64,000 nucleotides of DNA, taken from the NCBI RefSeq assembly GCF_009914755.1, contig NC_060931.1. One strand, given 5' to 3'. The translations under genes were made by a program, and so were the position numbers. Source of the stretch: the human T2T-CHM13v2.0 reference genome, Homo sapiens. A model generated the notes under the pieces. That model was not told the origin of the DNA. It was given only the letters and a program-made list of their open reading frames with translations, and searched no databases. Positions 26,501 to 41,006 of the stretch are shown in pieces. How positions within the stretch are numbered: position 1 is the stretch's first letter; each line of letters begins with the position of its first letter.

Positions 26501-29500
26501 AAAAAAGAGTGTTTCAAAACTGCTGTATCAAAAGGAAGGTTCAATTCTGTGAGTTGAATGCACACATCACAAAGTAGTTTCTGAGAATGCTTCTGCCTAA
26601 TTTTTAGATTTAAGATATTCCCATTTCCAAAGAAGGCTTCAATTTGCTCCAAATATCCACTTGCAGATTGTACAAAAAGAGGGTTTCAAAACTGCTCTAT
26701 CAAAAGGAAGGTTCAACTCTGTGAGATGAATGCACACATCACAAAGTGGTTTCAGAGAATGCTTCTTTCTAGTTTTTATTTGACGATATTCCCGTTTCCA
26801 ATGTAGCACTCAAAGAGCTCCAAATATCCTCCTGCAGATTGTGCAAAAAGGGTGTTTCAAAACTGCTCTATCAAAAAGAAGCTTCAACTCTGTGAGTTGA
26901 ATGCACAAATCACAAAGAAGTTTCTGGGAATACTTCTGTCTATTTTTATGTGACGATACTCCCGTTTCCAAAGAAGGCTTCAAAGCACTCCAAATATCCA
27001 CCTGCAGATTATAAAGGAAGAGTTTTTCAAAACTGCTCAATCCAAAGGAAGGTTCAGCTCCGTGAGTTCAATGCCCACATCACAAAGAAGTTTCTGAGAA
27101 TGCTTCTGTCTAGTTTCAAGGGGAAGATATTCCCGTTTCCAACGAAGGCTTCAAAGCGCTCCAAATATCCACTTGCAGAGTCTACAAAAAGACTGTTTCA
27201 AAACTGCTCTATAAAAGTAAGGTTGTACTTTGTTAGTGGAATGCACCCATCAAAATGAAGTTTCTGAGAACACTTCTGTCTACTTTTCATGTGAAGATAT
27301 TTCCTTATCCACAATAGTCCCCAAAGCCCTCAAAATGCCCACTTGAAGATCCCTCAAAAAGACTGTTTCAAAACTGCAGTATCAGAAGGAAATTTCAACT
27401 ATGTGAGTAGAATGCACACATCACAAAGTAGTTTCTGAGAATGCTTCTGTCTAGTTTTTATATGAAGATATTTCCTTTTCGACCTTAAGCCTCAAAGTGC
27501 TGCAATTATGCACTTTCAGATTCTTCAAAAAGAGGGTTTCAAAACTGCTCTGGCAAAAGGAAGTTTCAACGCTGTGAGTTGAATGCACACATCACAAAGA
27601 AGTTTCTGAGAATGCTTCTGTCTAATTTTTATGTGAAGATAATCCTGTTTCCCAAGAAGGCTTCAAAGCACCCTAATATCCGCCTCCAGATTCTACAGAA
27701 AGAGTGTTTCAAAACTGCTCTATGGAAAGGAAGGTTCAACTCTGTGAGTTGAATGCAGACATCATAAAGGAGTTTCTGAGAATGCTTCTGTCTTGTTTTA
27801 ATGTGAAGATATTTCCTTTTCAACCGATAGCCTAAAAGAGCTCCAAATGTCCAACTGCAGATTTTTTAAAAAGAATGTTTCAAAACTGCACTATCAAAAG
27901 AAAGGTTCAGCTCTGTGAGTTGAATGCACACATCTCAAAGAAGTTTCTGAGAATGGTTCTGTCTAGTTTTTATGTGAAGGTATTCGCGATTCCAATGAAG
28001 TCTTCAAAGCGCTCCAAATATCTAAATGCGGATTCTACAAAAAGAGTGATTCAAAACTGGTCTATGAAAAGGAAGGTTCAGCTCTGTGAGTTGAACGTAC
28101 ACATCCCAAAAAGTTTCGGAGAATGCTTCCATTTAGTTTTTAGGTGAAGATATTACCTTTTCAACCACAGCCTTCGAAACGCTCCAAATGTCCACTTGCA
28201 GATTCTACAAGAAGATTGTTTCCAGGCGGCTCTATCAAAAGAAATGTTCAACTATGGGAGTAGAATACACACATCACAAAGTCGTTTCTGAGAATGCTTC
28301 TGTCTAGTTTTTATGTGAAGATATTTCCTTTTCTACCAGAGGCCTGAAAGCGCTCCAAACATCCAATTGCAGATTCTACAAAAAGAGTGTTTCAAAACTT
28401 CTCTATCAAAAGTAAGGGTCTGCTTTGTGAGTTGAATGTACACATCAAAATGAAGTTTCTGATTATACTTCTGTCTACTTCTTATGGGAAGATATTTCCT
28501 TATCCGCAATGGTCCTCAAAGCCCTCGAAATGCCCACTTGAAGATTCTTCGGAAAGACGGTTTCAAAACTGCTCTATCAAAAGAAAGTTTCAACTTTGTG
28601 TGTAGAATGCACACATCACAAAGTCGTTTCTGAGAATGCTTCTGTCTAGTTTTTATAGGAAGATATTTCCTTTTCTACCATAAGCCTCAAAGCACTGCAC
28701 ATATGAACTGGCAGATTCTTTAAAAAGAGTGTTTCAAAACTGCTCTATCAAAACTGTTCTATCAACTCTGTGAGATGAATGGACACATCACAAAGATGTT
28801 TCTGAGAATGCTTCTGTCTAGGTTTTAGGTGAAGATATTCTCGTTTCCAAAGAATGCTTCAAAGAGTACTTAAATATCCGCCTGCAGATTCTACAAAAGG
28901 AGTGTTTCAAAACTGCTCTAACAAAAGAAAGGTTCAACCTGGGAGTTGAATGCACACATCACAAAGAAGTTTCTGAGAATGCTTCTGTCTAGTTTTAATG
29001 CGAAGATATTCCCTTTTCCATCATAACCTTCAAAGCGCTCCAAATGTCCATTTGCAGATTTTAGAAACAGAGTGTTTCCAGACTGCTCTATCAAAAGAAA
29101 TTTTCAACTATGGGAGTAGAATGCACACAACACAAATTCGTTTCTGAGAATGCTTCTGTCTAGTTTTTATGTGAAGATATTTCCTTTTCTACCACAGGCA
29201 TAAATGTGCTCCAAATATCCACTTTCAGATTCTGAAAAAAGAGTGTTTCAAAACTGCTGTATCAAAAGGAAGGTTCAATTCTGTGAGTTGAATGCACACA
29301 TCACAAAGTAGTTTCTGAGAATGCTTCTGCCTAATTTTTAGATTTAAGATATTCCCATTTCCAAAGAAGGCTTCAATTTGCTCCAAATATCCACTTGCAG
29401 ATTGTACAAAAAGAGGGTTTCAAAACTGCTCTATCAAAAGGAAGGTTCAACTCTGTGAGATGAATGCACACATCACAAAGTGGTTTCAGAGAATGCTTCT

Positions 29501-32500
29501 TTCTAGTTTTTAGGTGACGATATTCCCGTTTCCAATGTAGCACTCAAAGAGCTCCAAATATCCTCCTGCAGATTGTGCAAAAAGGGTGTTTCAAAACTGC
29601 TCTATCAAAAAGAAGCTTCAACTCTGTGAGTTGAATGCACAAATCACAAAGAAGTTTCTGGGAATACTTCTGTCTATTTTTATGTGACGATACTCCCGTT
29701 TCCAAAGAAGGCTTCAAAGCACTCCAAATATCCACCTGCAGATTATAAAGGAAGAGTTTTTCAAAACTGCTCAATCCAAAGGAAGGTTCAGCTCCGTGAG
29801 TTCAATGCCCACATCACAAAGAAGTTTCTGAGAATGCTTCTGTCTAGTTTCAAGGGGAAGATATTCCCGTTTCCAACGAAGGCTTCAAAGCGCTCCAAAT
29901 ATCCACTTGCAGAGTCTACAAAAACACTGTTTCAAAACTGCACTATAAAAGTAAGGTTGTACTTTGTTAGTGGAATGCACCCATCAAAATGAAGTTTCTG
30001 AGAACACTTCTGTCTACTTTTCATGTGAAGATATTTCCTTATCCACAATAGTCCCCAAAGCCCTCAAAATGCCCACTTGAAGATCCCTCAAAAAGACTGT
30101 TTCAAAACTGCAGTATCAGAAGGAAATTTCAACTATGTGAGTAGAATGCACACATCACAAAGTAGTTTCTGAGAATGCTTCTGTCTAGTTTTTATATGAA
30201 GATATTTCCTTTTCGACCTTAAGCCTCAAAGTGCTGCAATTATGCACTTTCAGATTCTTCAAAAAGAGGGTTTCAAAACTGCTCTGGCAAAAGGAAGTTT
30301 CAACGCTGTGAGTTGAATGCACACATCACAAAGAAGTTTCTGAGAATGTTTCTGTCTAATTTTTATGTGAAGATAATCCTGTTTCCCAAGAAGGCTTCAA
30401 AGCACCCTAATATCCGCCTCCAGATTCTACAGAAAGAGTGTTTCAAAACTGCTCTATGGAAAGGAAGGTTCAACTCTGTGAGTTGAATGCAGACATCATA
30501 AAGGAGTTTCTGAGAATGCTTCTGTCTTGTTTTAATGTGAAGATATTTCCTTTTCAACCGATAGCCTAAAAGAGCTCCAAATGTCCAACTGCAGATTTTT
30601 TAAAAAGAATGTTTCAAAACTGCACTATCAAAAGAAAGGTTCAGCTCTGTGAGTTGAATGCACACATCTCAAAGAAGTTTCTGAGAATGGTTCTGTCTAG
30701 TTTTTATGTGAAGGTATTCGCGATTCCAATGAAGTCTTCAAAGCGCTCCAAATATCTAAATGCGGATTCTACAAAAAGAGTGATTCAAAACTGGTCTATG
30801 AAAAGGAAGGTTCAGCTCTGTGAGTTGAACGCACACATCACAAAAAGTTTCCGACAATGCTTCCATTTAGTTTTTAGGTGAAGATATTACCTTTTCAACC
30901 ACAGCCTTCGAAACGCTCCAAATGTCCACTTGCAGATTCTACAAGAAGATTGTTTCCAGGTGGCTCTATCAAAAGAAATGTTCAACTATGGGAGTAGAAT
31001 ACACACATCACAAAGTCGTTTCTGAGAATGCTTCTGTCTAGTTTTTATGTGAAGATATTTCCTTTTCTACCAGAGGCCTGAAAGCGCTCCAAACATCCAA
31101 TTGCAGATTCTACAAAAACAGTGTTTCAAAACTTCTCTATCAAAAGTAAGGGTCTGCTTTGTGAGTTGAATGTACACATCAAAATGAAGTTTCTGATTAT
31201 ACTTCTGTCTACTTCTTATGGGAAGATATTTCCTTATCCGCAATGGTCCTCAAAGCCCTCGAAATGCCCACTTGAACATTCTTCGGAAAGACGGTTTCAA
31301 AACTGCTCTATCAAAAGAAAGTTTCAACTTTGTGTGTAGAATGCACACATCACAAAGTCGTTTCTGAGAATGCTTCTGTCTAGTTTTTATAGGAAGATAT
31401 TTCCTTTTCTACCATAAGCCTCAAAGCACTGCACATATGAACTGGCAGATTCTTTAAAAAGAGTGTTTCAAAACTGCTCTATCAAAACTGTTCTATCAAC
31501 TCTGTGAGATGAATGGACACATCACAAAGATGTTTCTGAGAATGCTTCTGTCTAGGTTTTAGGTGAAGATATTCTCGTTTCCAAAGAATGCTTCAAAGAG
31601 TACTTAAATATCCGCCTGCAGATTCTACAAAAGGAGTGTTTCAAAACTGCTCTAACAAAAGAAAGGTTCAACCTGGGAGTTGAATGCACACATCACAAAG
31701 AAGTTTCTGAGAATGCTTCTGTCTAGTTTTAATGCGAAGATATTCCCTTTTCCATCATAACCTTCAAAGCGCTCCAAATGTCCATTTGCAGATTTTAGAA
31801 ACAGAGTGTTTCCAGACTGCTCTATCAAAAGAAATTTTCAACTATGGGAGTAGAATGCACACAACACAAATTCGTTTCTGAGAATGCTTCTGTCTAGTTT
31901 TTATGTGAAGATATTTCCTTTTCTACCACAGGCATAAATGTGCTCCAAATATCCACTTTCAGATTCTGAAAAAAGAGTGTTTCAAAACTGCTGTATCAAA
32001 AGGAAGGTTCAATTCTGTGAGTTGAATGCACACATCACAAAGTAGTTTCTGAGAATGCTTCTGCCTAATTTTTAGATTTAAGATATTCCCATTTCCAAAG
32101 AAGGCTTCAATTTGCTCCAAATATCCACATGCAGATTGTACAAAAAGAGGGTTTCAAAACTGCTCTATCAAAAGGAAGGTTCAACTCTGTGAGATGAATG
32201 CACACATCACAAAGTGGTTTCAGAGAATGCTTCTTTCTAGTTTTTAGGTGACGATATTCCCGTTTCCAATGTAGCACTCAAAGAGCTCCAAATATCCTCC
32301 TGCAGATTGTGCAAAAAGGGTGTTTCAAAACTGCTCTATCAAAAAGAAGCTTCAACTCTGTGAGTTGAATGCACAAATCACAAAGAAGTTTCTGGGAATA
32401 CTTCTGTCTATTTTTATGTGACGATACTCCCGTTTCCAAAGAAGGCTTCAAAGCACTCCAAATATCCACCTGCAGATTATAAAGGAAGAGTTTTTCAAAA

Positions 32501-35500
32501 CTGCTCAATCCAAAGGAAGGTTCAGCTCCGTGAGTTCAATGCCCACATCACAAAGAAGTTTCTGAGAATGCTTCTGTCTAGTTTCAAGGGGAAGATATTC
32601 CCGTTTCCAACGAAGGCTTCAAAGCGCTCCAAATATCCACTTGCAGAGTCTACAAAAACACTGTTTCAAAACTGCACTATAAAAGTAAGGTTGTACTTTG
32701 TTAGTGGAATGCACCCATCAAAATGAAGTTTCTGAGAACACTTCTGTCTACTTTTCATGTGAAGATATTTCCTTATCCACAATAGTCCCCAAAGCCCTCA
32801 AAATGCCCACTTGAAGATCCCTCAAAAAGACTGTTTCAAAACTGCAGTATCAGAAGGAAATTTCAACTATGTGAGTAGAATGCACACATCACAAAGTAGT
32901 TTCTGAGAATGCTTCTGTCTAGTTTTTATATGAAGATATTTCCTTTTCGACCTTAAGCCTCAAAGTGCTGCAATTATGCACTTTCAGATTCTTCAAAAAG
33001 AGGGTTTCAAAACTGCTCTGGCAAAAGGAAGTTTCAACGCTGTGAGTTGAATGCACACATCACAAAGAAGTTTCTGAGAATGTTTCTGTCTAATTTTTAT
33101 GTGAAGATAATCCTGTTTCCCAAGAAGGCTTCAAAGCACCCTAATATCCGCCTCCAGATTCTACAGAAAGAGTGTTTCAAAACTGCTCTATGGAAAGGAA
33201 GGTTCAACTCTGTGAGTTGAATGCAGACATCATAAAGGAGTTTCTGAGAATGCTTCTGTCTTGTTTTAATGTGAAGATATTTCCTTTTCAACCGATAGCC
33301 TAAAAGAGCTCCAAATGTCCAACTGCAGATTTTTTAAAAAGAATGTTTCAAAACTGCACTATCAAAAGAAAGGTTCAGCTCTGTGAGTTGAATGCACACA
33401 TCTCAAAGAAGTTTCTGAGAATGGTTCTGTCTAGTTTTTATGTGAAGGTATTCGCGATTCCAATGAAGTCTTCAAAGCGCTCCAAATATCTAAATGCGGA
33501 TTCTACAAAAAGAGTGATTCAAAACTGGTCTATGAAAAGGAAGGTTCAGCTCTGTGAGTTGAACGCACACATCACAAAAAGTTTCCGACAATGCTTCCAT
33601 TTAGTTTTTAGGTGAAGATATTACCTTTTCAACCACAGCCTTCGAAACGCTCCAAATGTCCACTTGCAGATTCTACAAGAAGATTGTTTCCAGGTGGCTC
33701 TATCAAAAGAAATGTTCAACTATGGGAGTAGAATACACACATCACAAAGTCGTTTCTGAGAATGCTTCTGTCTAGTTTTTATGTGAAGATATTTCCTTTT
33801 CTACCAGAGGCCTGAAAGCGCTCCAAACATCCAATTGCAGATTCTACAAAAACAGTGTTTCAAAACTTCTCTATCAAAAGTAAGGGTCTGCTTTGTGAGT
33901 TGAATGTACACATCAAAATGAAGTTTCTGATTATACTTCTGTCTACTTCTTATGGGAAGATATTTCCTTATCCGCAATGGTCCTCAAAGCCCTCGAAATG
34001 CCCACTTGAACATTCTTCGGAAAGACGGTTTCAAAACTGCTCTATCAAAAGAAAGTTTCAACTTTGTGTGTAGAATGCACACATCACAAAGTCGTTTCTG
34101 AGAATGCTTCTGTCTAGTTTTTATATGAAGATATTTCCTTTTCTACCATAAGCCTCAAAGCACTGCACATATGAACTGGCAGATTCTTTAAAAAGAGTGT
34201 TTCAAAACTGCTCTATCAAAACTGTTCTATCAACTCTGTGAGATGAATGGACACATCACAAAGATGTTTCTGAGAATGCTTCTGTCTAGGTTTTAGGTGA
34301 AGATATTCTCGTTTCCAAAGAATGCTTCAAAGAGTACTTAAATATCCGCCTGCAGATTCTACAAAAGGAGTGTTTCAAAACTGATCTAACAAAAGAAAGG
34401 TTCAACCTGGGAGTTGAATGCACACATCACAAAGAAGTTTCTGAGAATGCTTCTGTCTAGTTTTAATGCGAAGATATTCCCTTTTCCATCATAACCTTCA
34501 AAGCGCTCCAAATGTCCATTTGCAGATTTTAGAAACAGAGTGGTTCCAGACTGCTCTATCAAAAGAAATTTTCAACTATGGGAGTAGAATGCACACAACA
34601 CAAATTCGTTTCTGAGAATGCTTCTGTCTAGTTTTTATGTGAAGATATTTCCTTTTCTACCACAGGCATAAATGTGCTCCAAATATCCACTTGCAGATTC
34701 TAAACAAAGAGGGTTTCAAAACTGCTGTATCAAAAGGAAGGTTCAATTCTGTGAGTTGAATGCACACATCACAAAGTAGTTTCTGAGAATGCTTCTGCCT
34801 AATTTTTAGATTTAAGATATTCCCATTTCCAAAGAAGGCTTCAATTTGCTCCAAATATCCACTTGCAGATTGTACAAAAAGAGGGTTTCAAAACTGCTCT
34901 ATCAAAAGGAAGGTTCAACTCTGTGAGATGAATGCACACATCACAAAGTGGTTTCAGAGAATGCTTCTTTCTAGTTTTTAGGTGACGATATTCCCGTTTC
35001 CAATGTAGCACTCAAAGAGCTCCAAATATCCTCCTGCAGATTGTGCAAAAAGGGTGTTTCAAAACTGCTCTATCAAAAAGAAGCTTCAACTCTGTGAGTT
35101 GAATGCACAAATCACAAAGAAGTTTCTGGGAATACTTCTGTCTATTTTTATGTGACGATACTCCCGTTTCCAAAGAAGGCTTCAAAGCACTCCAAATATC
35201 CACCTGCAGATTATAAAGGAAGAGTTTTTCAAAACTGCTCAATCCAAAGGAAGGTTCAGCTCCGTGAGTTCAATGCCCACATCACAAAGAAGTTTCTGAG
35301 AATGCTTCTGTCTAGTTTCAAGGGGAAGATATTCCCGTTTCCAACGAAGGCTTCAAAGCGCTCCAAATATCCACTTACAGAGTCTACAAAAAGACTGTTT
35401 CAAAACTGCTCTATAAAAGTAAGGTTGTACTTTGTTAGTGGAATGCACCCATCAAAATGAAGTTTCTGAGAACACTTCTGTCTACTTTTCATGTGAAGAT

Positions 35501-38500
35501 ATTTCCTTATCCACAATAGTCCCCAAAGCCCTCAAAATGCCCACTTGAAGATCCCTCAAAAAGACTGTTTCAAAACTGCAGTATCAGAAGGAAATTTCAA
35601 CTATGTGAGTAGAATGCACACATCACAAAGTAGTTTCTGAGAATGCTTCTGTCTAGTTTTTATATGAAGATATTTCCTTTTCGACCTTAAGCCTCAAAGT
35701 GCTGCAATTATGCACTTTCAGATTCTTCAAAAAGAGGTTTTCAAAACTGCTCTGGCAAAAGGAAGTTTCAACGCTGTGAGTTGAATGCACACATCACAAA
35801 GAAGTTTCTGAGAATGTTTCTGTCTAATTTTTATGTGAAGGTAATCCTGTTTCCCAAGAAGGCTTCAAAGCACCCTAATATCCGCCTCCAGATTCTACAG
35901 AAAGAGTGTTTCAAAACTGCTCTATGGAAAGGAAGGTTCAACTCTGTGAGTTGAATGCAGACATCATAAAGGAGTTTCTGAGAATGCTTCTGTCTTGTTT
36001 TAATGTGAAGATATTTCCTTTTCAACCGATAGCCTAAAAGAGCTCCAAATGTCCAACTGCAGATTTTTTAAAAAGAATGTTTCAAAACTGCACTATCAAA
36101 AGAAAGGTTCAGCTCTGTGAGTTGAATGCACACATCTCAAAGAAGTTTCTGAGAATGGTTCTGTCTAGTTTTTATGTGAAGGTATTCGCGATTCCAATGA
36201 AGTCTTCAAAGCGCTCCAAATATCTAAATGCGGATTCTACAAAAAGAGTGATTCAAAACTGGTCTATGAAAAGGAAGGTTCAGCTCTGTGAGTTGAACGC
36301 ACACATCACAAAAAGTTTCCGACAATGCTTCCATTTAGTTTTTAGGTGAAGATATTACCTTTTCAACCACAGCCTTCGAAACGCTCCAAATGTCCACTTG
36401 CAGATTCTACAAGAAGATTGTTTCCAGGTGGCTCTATCAAAAGAAATGTTCAACTATGGGAGTAGAATACACACATCACAAAGTCGTTTCTGAGAATGCT
36501 TCTGTCTAGTTTTTATGTGAAGATATTTCCTTTTCTACCAGAGGCCTGAAAGCGCTCCAAACATCCAATTGCAGATTCTACAAAAACAGTGTTTCAAAAC
36601 TTCTCTATCAAAAGTAAGGGTCTGCTTTGTGAGTTGAATGTACACATCAAAATGAAGTTTCTGATTATACTTCTGTCTACTTCTTATGGGAAGATATTTC
36701 CTTATCCGCAATGGTCCTCAAAGCCCTCGAAATGCCCACTTGAAGATTCTTCGGAAAGACGGTTTCAAAACTGCTCTATCAAAAGAAAGTTTCAACTTTG
36801 TGTGTAGAATGCACACATCACAAAGTCGTTTCTGAGAATGCTTCTGTCTAGTTTTTATATGAAGATATTTCCTTTTCTACCATAAGCCTCAAAGCACTGC
36901 ACATATGAACGGGCAGATTCTTTAAAAAGAGTGTTTCAAAACTGCTCTATCAAAACTGTCCTATCAACTCTGTGAGATGAATGGACACATCACAAAGATG
37001 TTTCTGAGAATGCTTCTGTCTAGGTTTTAGGTGAAGATATTCTCGTTTCCAAAGAATGCTTCAAAGAGTACTTAAATATCCGCCTGCAGATTCTACAAAA
37101 GGAGTGTTTCAAAACTGCTCTAACAAAAGAAAGGTTCAACCTGGGAGTTGAATGCACACATCACAAAGAAGTTTCTGAGAATGCTTCTGTCTAGTTTTAA
37201 TGCGAAGATATTCCCTTTTCCATCATAACCTTCAAAGCGCTCCAAATGTCCATTTGCAGATTTTAGAAACAGAGTGTTTCCAGACTGCTCTATCAAAAGA
37301 AATTTTCAACTATGGGAGTAGAATGCACACAACACAAATTCGTTTCTGAGAATGCTTCTGTCTAGTTTTTATGTGAAGATATTTCCTTTTCTACCACAGG
37401 CATAAATGTGCTCCAAATATCCACTTGCAGATCCTAACAAAGAGGGTTTCAAAACTGCTGTATCAAAAGGAAGGTTCAATTCTGTGAGTTGAATGCACAC
37501 ATCACAAAGTAGTTTCTGAGAATGCTTCTGCCTAATTTTTAGATTTAAGATATTCCCATTTCCAAGGAAGGCTTCAATTTGCTCCAAATATCCACTTGCA
37601 GATTGTACAAAAAGAGGGTTTCAAAACTGCTCTATCAAAAGGAAGGTTCAAATCTGTGAGATGAATGCACACATCACAAAGTGGTTTCAGAGAATGCTTC
37701 TTTCTAGTTTTCAGGTGACGATATTCCCGTTTCCAATGTAGCACTCAAAGAGCTCCAAATATCCTCCTGCAGATTGTGCAAAAAGGGTGTTTCAAAACTG
37801 CTCTATCAAAAAGAAGCTTCAACTCTGTGAGTTGAATGCACAAATCACAAAGAAGTTTCTGGGAATACTTCTGTCTATTTTTATGTGACGATACTCCCGT
37901 TTCCAAAGAAGGCTTCAAAGCACTCCAAATATCCACCTGCAGATTATAAAGGAAGAGTTTTTCAAAACTGCTCAATCCAAAGGAAGGTTCAGCTCCGTGA
38001 GTTCAATGCCCACATCACAAAGAAGTTTCTGAGAATGCTTCTGTGTGGTTTCAAGGGGAAGATATTCCCGTTTCCAACGAAGGCTTCAAAGCGCTCCAAA
38101 TATCCACTTGCAGAGTCTACAAAAAGACTGTTTCAAAACTGCTCTATAAAAGTAAGGTTGTACTTTGTTAGTGGAATGCACCCATCAAAATGAAGTTTCT
38201 GAGAACACTTCTGTCTACTTTTCATGTGAAGATATTTCCTTATCCACAATAGTCCCCAAAGCCCTCAAAATGCCCACTTGAAGATCCCTCAAAAAGACTG
38301 TTTCAAAACTGCAGTATCAGAAGGAAATTTCAACTATGTGAGTAGAATGCACACATCACAAAGTAGTTTCTGAGAATGCTTCTGTCTAGTTTTTATATGA
38401 AGATATTTCCTTTTCGACCTTAAGCCTCAAAGTGCTGCAATTATGCACTTTCAGATTCTTCAAAAAGAGGGTTTCAAAACTGCTCTGGCAAAAGGAAGTT

Positions 38501-41006
38501 TCAACGCTGTGAGTTGAATGCACACATCACAAAAAAGTTTCTGAGAATGCTTCTGTCTAATTTTTATGTGAAGATAATCCTGTTTCCCAAGAAGGCTTCA
38601 AAGCACCCTAATATCCGCCTCCAGATTCTACAGAAAGAGTGTTTCAAAACTGCTCTATGGAAAGGAAGGTTCAACTCTGTGAGTTGAATGCAGACATCAT
38701 AAAGGAGTTTCTGAGAATGCTTCTGTCTTGTTTTAATGTGAAGATATTTCCTTTTCAACCGATAGCCTAAAAGAGCTCCAAATGTCCAACTGCAGATTTT
38801 TTAAAAAGAATGTTTCAAAACTGCACTATCAAAAGAAAGGTTCAGCTCTGTGAGTTGAATGCACACATCTCAAAGAAGTTTCTGAGAATGGTTCTGTCTA
38901 GTTTTTATGTGAAGGTATTCGCGATTCCAATGAAGTCTTCAAAGCGCTCCAAATATCTAAATGCGGATTCTACAAAAAGAGTGATTCAAAACTGGTCTAT
39001 GAAAAGGAAGGTTCAGCTCTGTGAGTTGAACGCACACATCACAAAAAGTTTCGGAGAATGCTTCCAATTAGTTTTTAGGTGAAGATATTACCTTTTCAAC
39101 CACAGCCTTCGAAACGCTCCAAATGTCCACTTGCAGATTCTACAAGAAGATTGTTTCCAGGCAGCTCTATCAAAAGAAATGTTCAACTATGGGAGTAGAA
39201 TACACACATCACAAAGTCGTTTCTGAGAATGCTTCTGTCTAGTTTTTATGTGAAGATGTTTCCTTTTCTACCAGAGGCCTGAAAGCGCTCCAAACATCCA
39301 ATTGCAGATTCTACAAAAAGAGTGTTTCAAAACTTCTCTATCAAAAGTAAGGGTCTGCTTTGTGAGTTGAATGTACACATCAAAATGAAGTTTCTGATTA
39401 TACTTCTGTCTACTTCTTATGGGAAGATATTTCCTTATCCGCAATGGTCCTCAAAGCCCTCGAAATGCCCACTTGAAGATTCTTGGGAAAGACTGTTTCA
39501 AAACTGCTCTATCAAAAGAAAGTTTCAACTTTGTGTGTAGAATGCACACATCACAAAGTCGTTTCTGAGAATGCTTCTGTCTAGTTTTTATAGGAAGATA
39601 TTTCCTTTTCTACCATAAGCCTCAAAGCACTGCACATATGAACTGGGAGATTCTTTAAAAAGAGTGTTTCAAAACTGCTCTATCAAAACTGTTCTATCAA
39701 CTCTGTGAGATGAATGGACACATCACAAAGATGTTTCTGAGAATGCTTCTGTCTAGGTTTTAGGTGAAGATATTCTCGTTTCCAAAGAATGCTTCAAAGA
39801 GTACTTAAATATCCGCCTGCAGATTCTACAAAAGGAGTGTTTCAAAACTGCTCTAACAAAAGAAAGGTTCAACCTGGGAGTTGAATGCACACATCACAAA
39901 GAAGTTTCTGAGAATGCTTCTGTCTAGTTTTAATGCGAAGATATTCCCTTTTCCATCATAACCTTCAAAGCGCTCCAAATGTCCATTTGCAGATTTTAGA
40001 AACAGAGTGTTTCCAGACTGCTCTATCAAAAGAAATTTTCAACTATGGGAGTAGAATGCACACATCACAAATTCGTTTCTGAGAATGCTTCTGTCTAGTT
40101 TTTATGTGAAGATATTTCCTTTTCTACCACAGGCATAAATGTGCTCCAAATATCCACTTGCAGATTCTAAACAAAGAGTGTTTCAAAACTGCTGTATCAA
40201 AAGGAAGGTTCAATTCTGTGAGTTGAATGCACACATCACAAAGTAGTTTCTGAGAATGCTTCTGCCTAATTTTTAGATTTAAGATATTCCCATTTCCAAA
40301 GAAGGCTTCAATTTGCTCCAAATATCCACTTGCAGATTGTACAAAAAGAGGGTTTCAAAACTGCTCTATCAAAAGGAAGGTTCAACTCTGTGAGATGAAT
40401 GCACACATCACAAAGTGGTTTCAGAGAATGCTTCTTTCTAGTTTTCAGGTGACGATATTCCCGTTTCCAATGTAGCACTCAAAGAGCTCCAAATATCCTC
40501 CTGCAGATTGTGCAAAAAGGGTGTTTCAAAACTGCTCTATCAAAAAGAAGCTTCAACTCTGTGAGTTGAATGCACAAATCACAAAGAAGTTTCTGGGAAT
40601 ACTTCTGTCTATTTTTATGTGACGATACTCCCGTTTCCAAAGAAGGCTTCAAAGCACTCCAAATATCCACCTGCAGATTATAAAGGAAGAGTTTTTCAAA
40701 ACTGCTCAATCCAAAGGAAGGTTCAGCTCCGTGAGTTCAATGCCCACATCACAAAGAAGTTTCTGAGAATGCTTCTGTCTGGTTTCAAGGGGAAGATATT
40801 CCCGTTTCCAACGAAGGCTTCAAAGCGCTCCAAATATCCACTTGCAGAGTCTACAAAAAGACTGTTTCAAAACTGCTCTATAAAAGTAAGGTTGTACTTT
40901 GTTAGTGGAATGCACCCATCAAAATGAAGTTTCTGAGAACACTTCTGTCTACTTTTCATGTGAAGATATTTCCTTATCCACAATAGTCCCCAAAGCCCTC
41001 AAAATG

